Part shown: one piece after another, positions 60,424-64,000 of the stretch
Layout of the letters: each line of letters starts with the position of its first letter
Position numbering within the stretch: position 1 is the first letter of the stretch
From: Patescibacteria group bacterium
GTDB taxonomy: Bacteria > Patescibacteriota > Patescibacteriia > SG8-24
Assembly (NCBI GenBank): GCA_041667185.1
Contig: JBAYFM010000001.1
Span: 32,052 to 96,051 of the forward strand
Length of the DNA: 64,000 nt
Direction: 5' to 3'
Translations under genes and position numbers: made by a program
Notes under the pieces: generated by a model
Seen by the model: the letters and a program-made list of their open reading frames with translations, nothing else
Database searches by the model: none
Told to the model about the DNA's origin: nothing

Positions 60424-61707
60424 ATGGCGATACCCGACGATATCAAGATCAAGGGCGGCGAGCTGCCGGCTGTCCCCGGCGTTTACCTGATGAAAGGCGA
60501 ACGCGGACGGCTGCTTTATGTCGGCAAGGCGACCTCGCTCCGGTCGCGCGTTTCGAGTTACTTCGTCCGCCCGGCTGACGCCCGGATCGCCAAGATGGTC
60601 ACGCTCATCCGGCGCATTGATTATCTGCCGACGCCGACGACCATCGAAGCGTTGGTCCTGGAGTCGCGGCTCATCAAGAAATACCAGCCGCCGTATAACA
60701 TCCTGGAGAAGGACGACAAGAGCTACATCCACCTGGCTTTCACCCGCGAGCCGTTCCCACGGCCGGTCATGATCCGGGGACATGAACTCGCGCGCATGCC
60801 CAAGCGGCAGTTTTTGCGCGTCTTCGGACCGTTCGACAGCGCGAGCGACGTCCAGGCCGCGCTCGACGCGCTGCGCCGCGTGTTTCCCTGGACGCTTTGC
60901 CGCCCGGGCGCGAAGCGGCCGTGCTTTTATCGCCATCTCGGTTTGTGCCCTGGGGTCTGCACCGACGAGATCTCATCCCGCGATTACCGGCGCATCATCA
61001 GCCAGTTGTTCCTGTTCTTCGACGGACGCCGCAGCCGGGTGCTCGCCGAGATCGAACGCGCGATGCGGGTGGCGGCGGCCGCGGAAAATTACGAAGAGGC
61101 CGCCGCGCTGCGCAACCGCTTGCGCCAGCTCGGCCACATCCAGGATATCGCCGTCCTGCGCCGCCGCGACGCCGGTCTCGACCAGTTCGTCGACGCTTTC
61201 GGCCGCATCGAGGGTTATGATATTTCGAACATCGGCGGTCGGCAGGCGGTCGGCAGCTTAGTTGTCTTCGAGGACGGCCGGCCGCGCAAGACCGAGTATC
61301 GCCGCTTCATCGTCCGGACGGAGCGGGACGCCGGCGATGTCGCCATGCTCGCAGAAGTGCTTGAACGCCGCTTCCGCCATGCGCCGCCGCGGCGAGGCGG
61401 GGGAGCGGGCGCGCCTCGCGGACGCTGGCCGCTGCCGGATCTGATGCTCGTTGACGGCGGTGCCGCGCAGGTCGCCGCCGCCCGCCGGGTGCTCAAACGC
61501 CATCGGCTCGATCTGCCGGTCATCGGCGTCGCCAAAGGCCCGGATCGCAAGCGCGACGAGCTGATCTACGACCACGGCGACCACGAACTGGCGCGTCTCG
61601 CGGCCGCGGTGCGGCCGCTCTTCCAGCGCGTCCGCGATGAAGCGCATCGTTTCGCTATCACGTTCCATCGCCGTCGCCGCGCCAAGGAATTTCTGCCGGC
61701 CGTATGA
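60424..61707 (+). CDS. uvrC: Excinuclease ABC subunit C, short form without the C-terminal HhH
   Basis: GIY-YIG (PGVYLM, YVGKA), UVR domain and RNase H-like domain (EGYDIS, DGG, RDEAHRFAI). Confidence 0.9.
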   Translation: MAIPDDIKIKGGELPAVPGVYLMKGERGRLLYVGKATSLRSRVSSYFVRPADARIAKMVTLIRRIDYLPTPTTIEALVLESRLIKKYQPPYNILEKDDKSYIHLAFTREPFPRPVMIRGHELARMPKRQFLRVFGPFDSASDVQAALDALRRVFPWTLCRPGAKRPCFYRHLGLCPGVCTDEISSRDYRRIISQLFLFFDGRRSRVLAEIERAMRVAAAAENYEEAAALRNRLRQLGHIQDIAVLRRRDAGLDQFVDAFGRIEGYDISNIGGRQAVGSLVVFEDGRPRKTEYRRFIVRTERDAGDVAMLAEVLERRFRHAPPRRGGGAGAPRGRWPLPDLMLVDGGAAQVAAARRVLKRHRLDLPVIGVAKGPDRKRDELIYDHGDHELARLAAAVRPLFQRVRDEAHRFAITFHRRRRAKEFLPAV

Positions 61708-62900
61708 AGATCTTCACGTTCCAACGCCGCTCGTCGGTCGTCCTGGCCGCGCTCATGATTATGTGGATCGCGGGTTTCAATCTGTTCCTGTCGTCGCCCA
61801 ATCGCCATTTCGTCTGGCTGGCCAATTCCTTCGCCGCCGGCCGTCTGGATATCCCGGCGGAGAAGCTCGGGGAGGCGGGGATGACCGATATCGTGATGAA
61901 GGATGGTCGTTTCTACTGGCCGCTCGAACCGCTGCCGGCCGTGCTCATGATGCCGCTCACCCCTTTCGTCGCTGAAGAAAATCTGCAGCAGGTCGCGCAG
62001 ATCCTGGCGTCTTTGGCACTGCTCGGCTTGGCGTTCCTGCTCGCGCGGCGTCTCCGCTTCAACGACGATGACGCCGTTCTTTTCGCTTGTCTCTTCGGTT
62101 TCGGTTCCATGACCATCGGCGTCATCTCGATCAACGGACCCTGGTATCTCGGCAATACTGTGGCCGCTGTTTTCGTGCTCGCGGCCGTGCTGGAGACACG
62201 CGGCCGGAATCGCCCCTGGCTCGTCGGCCTCCTGGCTGGCCTGGCCGGACTCTCCCGCCTCACGGCCGGGATCGGAGCTTTCTATTTCATCCTGCTCGAA
62301 CTCCTGGCCCGCCGCGGCCGTCGCGAAAAACTGCGCCGTCTGGCCTGGCTCGCCTTGCCGGCTCTCGCGGCGATCACGCTCGCCGCGGCCTACAATTATG
62401 GCCGTTTCGGCGGCTGGTTCGATACCGGCCACAAGGACCATTTCCTGTTGCCAGCTGGCCGCGAGGCCTGGCACGTGGCTCGCTACGGCTTATTCAACGC
62501 CGTTTATTTCCTGCGCAATTTTTATTTTTATTTCCTGAAGCTGCCGGAACTCTACGGCTGGCTGCCGCTGGTCCATCCTTACGGGGTCAGTGTTTTTGTG
62601 GTCGCTCCGGTCTTTCTGTACGCCTGGACAGCTGATCGCCGCCGGCCGGAATTCATCGCCGCCCTCGTCGCTTCGCTCGCACCGTTCGCCGTCTACCTGA
62701 CGTATTTCACCACTGGTTTCTGGCAGTTCGGTCCGCGCTACGTGTTGGATATCCTGCCGTACTGGTTTTTATTAGTGCTCTTGTCCTTCGAAAAGTCAGG
62801 CTTGCGGCAGCGCCATCGCTTGATGATCATGGCGAGCGCCGCGCTGAACTGCGTCCTGTTCGTCATCTTCCTGCTCCACTACGATCTGAAAGTCATTTGA
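61704..62900 (+). CDS. Multi-pass membrane protein, GT-C glycosyltransferase-like
   Basis: About 10 TM; D...DGRFYW, YNYGRFG and GFWQFGPRYVLD. Confidence 0.55.
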   Translation: MKIFTFQRRSSVVLAALMIMWIAGFNLFLSSPNRHFVWLANSFAAGRLDIPAEKLGEAGMTDIVMKDGRFYWPLEPLPAVLMMPLTPFVAEENLQQVAQILASLALLGLAFLLARRLRFNDDDAVLFACLFGFGSMTIGVISINGPWYLGNTVAAVFVLAAVLETRGRNRPWLVGLLAGLAGLSRLTAGIGAFYFILLELLARRGRREKLRRLAWLALPALAAITLAAAYNYGRFGGWFDTGHKDHFLLPAGREAWHVARYGLFNAVYFLRNFYFYFLKLPELYGWLPLVHPYGVSVFVVAPVFLYAWTADRRRPEFIAALVASLAPFAVYLTYFTTGFWQFGPRYVLDILPYWFLLVLLSFEKSGLRQRHRLMIMASAALNCVLFVIFLLHYDLKVI

Positions 62901-62910
62901 ACGCGCCTGT

Positions 62911-63372
62911 ATGTTTCTCATCGCCCATGCCGCGATCGGCGCCGCTGTCGCGCCACTGACCGGTTCGCCGCTGCCGGCTTTTTTTCTCGGCTGGCTCACG
63001 CATTATCTTGCTGACGCCGTGCCGCACGGCGATGAGAGCCTCGGTCGCTGGGCCACGGCCCGCGACGGGATCAGACGTTTCGTTTTTTTAGCTGGCGTGG
63101 ATTTCCTGCTCGTCGCCGCGATTCTCGCGATCGTTTTTGTCGCGCGCGGTTTTGACTGGACGATCCTGGCCGGAGCCGTCGGCGCCACGGTGCCGGATTT
63201 CATGTGGGGTCTGGAAAAGACTTTCCAGCGCCGCCTGTTCGGGCCATTTCAAGATTGGCACGGGTTGGCGCACGGGATCATCAAGAAAAAAATTCCGACC
63301 GCCGCCGGCCTCGCGCTGCAATTTCTTGTCGCGGCGGCGTCATGGTTTTGGGTCGCGGGAGCGGGAAGGTGA
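62911..63372 (+). CDS. Membrane-bound metal-dependent hydrolase-like protein
   Basis: H..IG, THYLADAVPHGD, PD and WH...H motifs. Confidence 0.6.
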   Translation: MFLIAHAAIGAAVAPLTGSPLPAFFLGWLTHYLADAVPHGDESLGRWATARDGIRRFVFLAGVDFLLVAAILAIVFVARGFDWTILAGAVGATVPDFMWGLEKTFQRRLFGPFQDWHGLAHGIIKKKIPTAAGLALQFLVAAASWFWVAGAGR

Positions 63373-63550
63373 ACGGAGCGGGGGAGAGATAAAATCCTGA
63401 ATATTCGCTGATGCGGAGGCTGTCCGGCCTCTGTATTTATTTTAGCTATTTTTCAATAGTCTTTACCTTGCGCTTCGGGATTTAAGGATTTCCACAACCT
63501 CGACTCCTCATCTGGTTGCGTGGGGAATATTGGTGTATACTAGAACTAAG

Positions 63551-63590
63551 GTGGTTTAAAGTGGGGATAAGTGGGGATAAGAAGGAATAA
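63551..63590 (+). promoter_or_regulatory. MraZ-binding direct repeats (GTGG boxes, 10-bp period)
   Basis: gtggtttaaa gtggggataa gtggggataa gaaggaataa upstream of mraZ. Confidence 0.8.
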
Positions 63591-63645
63591 AAGCAGCTGT
63601 GGATAAAAACTTTTAAGCACGGCTGCTGCACAAAAATCCAAAACC

Positions 63646-64000
63646 ATGTTCATCGGCGAATATCAGCACACTATCGATGAAAAAGGGCGGCTGGCCATTC
63701 CGGTCAAATTTCGCGCTGAACTTCGCAAAGGCGCGGTCGTGACCAAGGGGCTTGATAGCTGCCTTTTTGTGTACTCGCTCGCCGAATGGAAGAAGCTGGC
63801 CGCGAAGGTCGCGAGCCTGCCGTTCAGCCAGGCCGATAACCGCGCTTTCTCCCGCCAGATCCTCGGCGGCGCCATGGATGCCGAACTGGATGCTCAGGGG
63901 CGGGTGATCCTGCCGGAATATCTTCGCCGTTTCGCCGGTCTCGCCAAGGACACCGTGATCACCGGGCTCTACGATCGCCTGGAGATCTGGGACAAGGCCG
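63646..64000 (+). CDS. mraZ: Division/cell wall cluster regulator MraZ, truncated by the window end
   Basis: MFIGEYQHTIDEKGRLAIPVKFR...LDAQGRVILP...DRLEIWD. Confidence 0.95.
   Translation, partial: MFIGEYQHTIDEKGRLAIPVKFRAELRKGAVVTKGLDSCLFVYSLAEWKKLAAKVASLPFSQADNRAFSRQILGGAMDAELDAQGRVILPEYLRRFAGLAKDTVITGLYDRLEIWDKA

Noticed and set aside
63480-63610. Replication origin (TGTGGATAA DnaA-box match, AT-rich)
   Set aside because: Only one perfect box and no dnaA/dnaN nearby; the repeats are better explained as MraZ boxes, and another isolated box occurs near 32997.

Overview
A roughly 60% GC bacterial chromosome segment. Several traits suggest Patescibacteria (CPR), which is an inference: core genes largely lack SD sequences, there are tandem TrmB regulators, MurE has EDPY, UvrA and UvrC are shortened, and there is a minimal group 3-like [NiFe]-hydrogenase. 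Housekeeping content: murE, ftsB-like, prsA-like, ftsEX, three tRNAs, a P-type ATPase, a DEAD-box helicase, tgt-queA, nrdJ, typA, uvrB/A/C and the start of mraZ. A redox island lies at 29.5-36.7 kb. Four non-coding patterns stand out. (1) A four-helix-bundle (23S-IVP/bAvd-like) gene is enclosed by ~38-bp inverted arms built from 8-mer repeats, and an empty copy of the same arms plus further 8-mer arrays occur elsewhere. (2) About 12 stand-alone accessory genes share a leader with a boxA-like G(C/T)TCTTTNNCA motif and a strong SD, usually behind a sigma70-like promoter; core genes lack this. (3) tRNA-Thr is followed by an array of duplicated 3' ends interleaved with structured inserts. (4) One covarying ~105-120 nt hairpin element is inserted into partial copies of both tRNA-Thr and tRNA-Gln. 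All calls come from reading the sequence and motifs by eye; no database searches were run.
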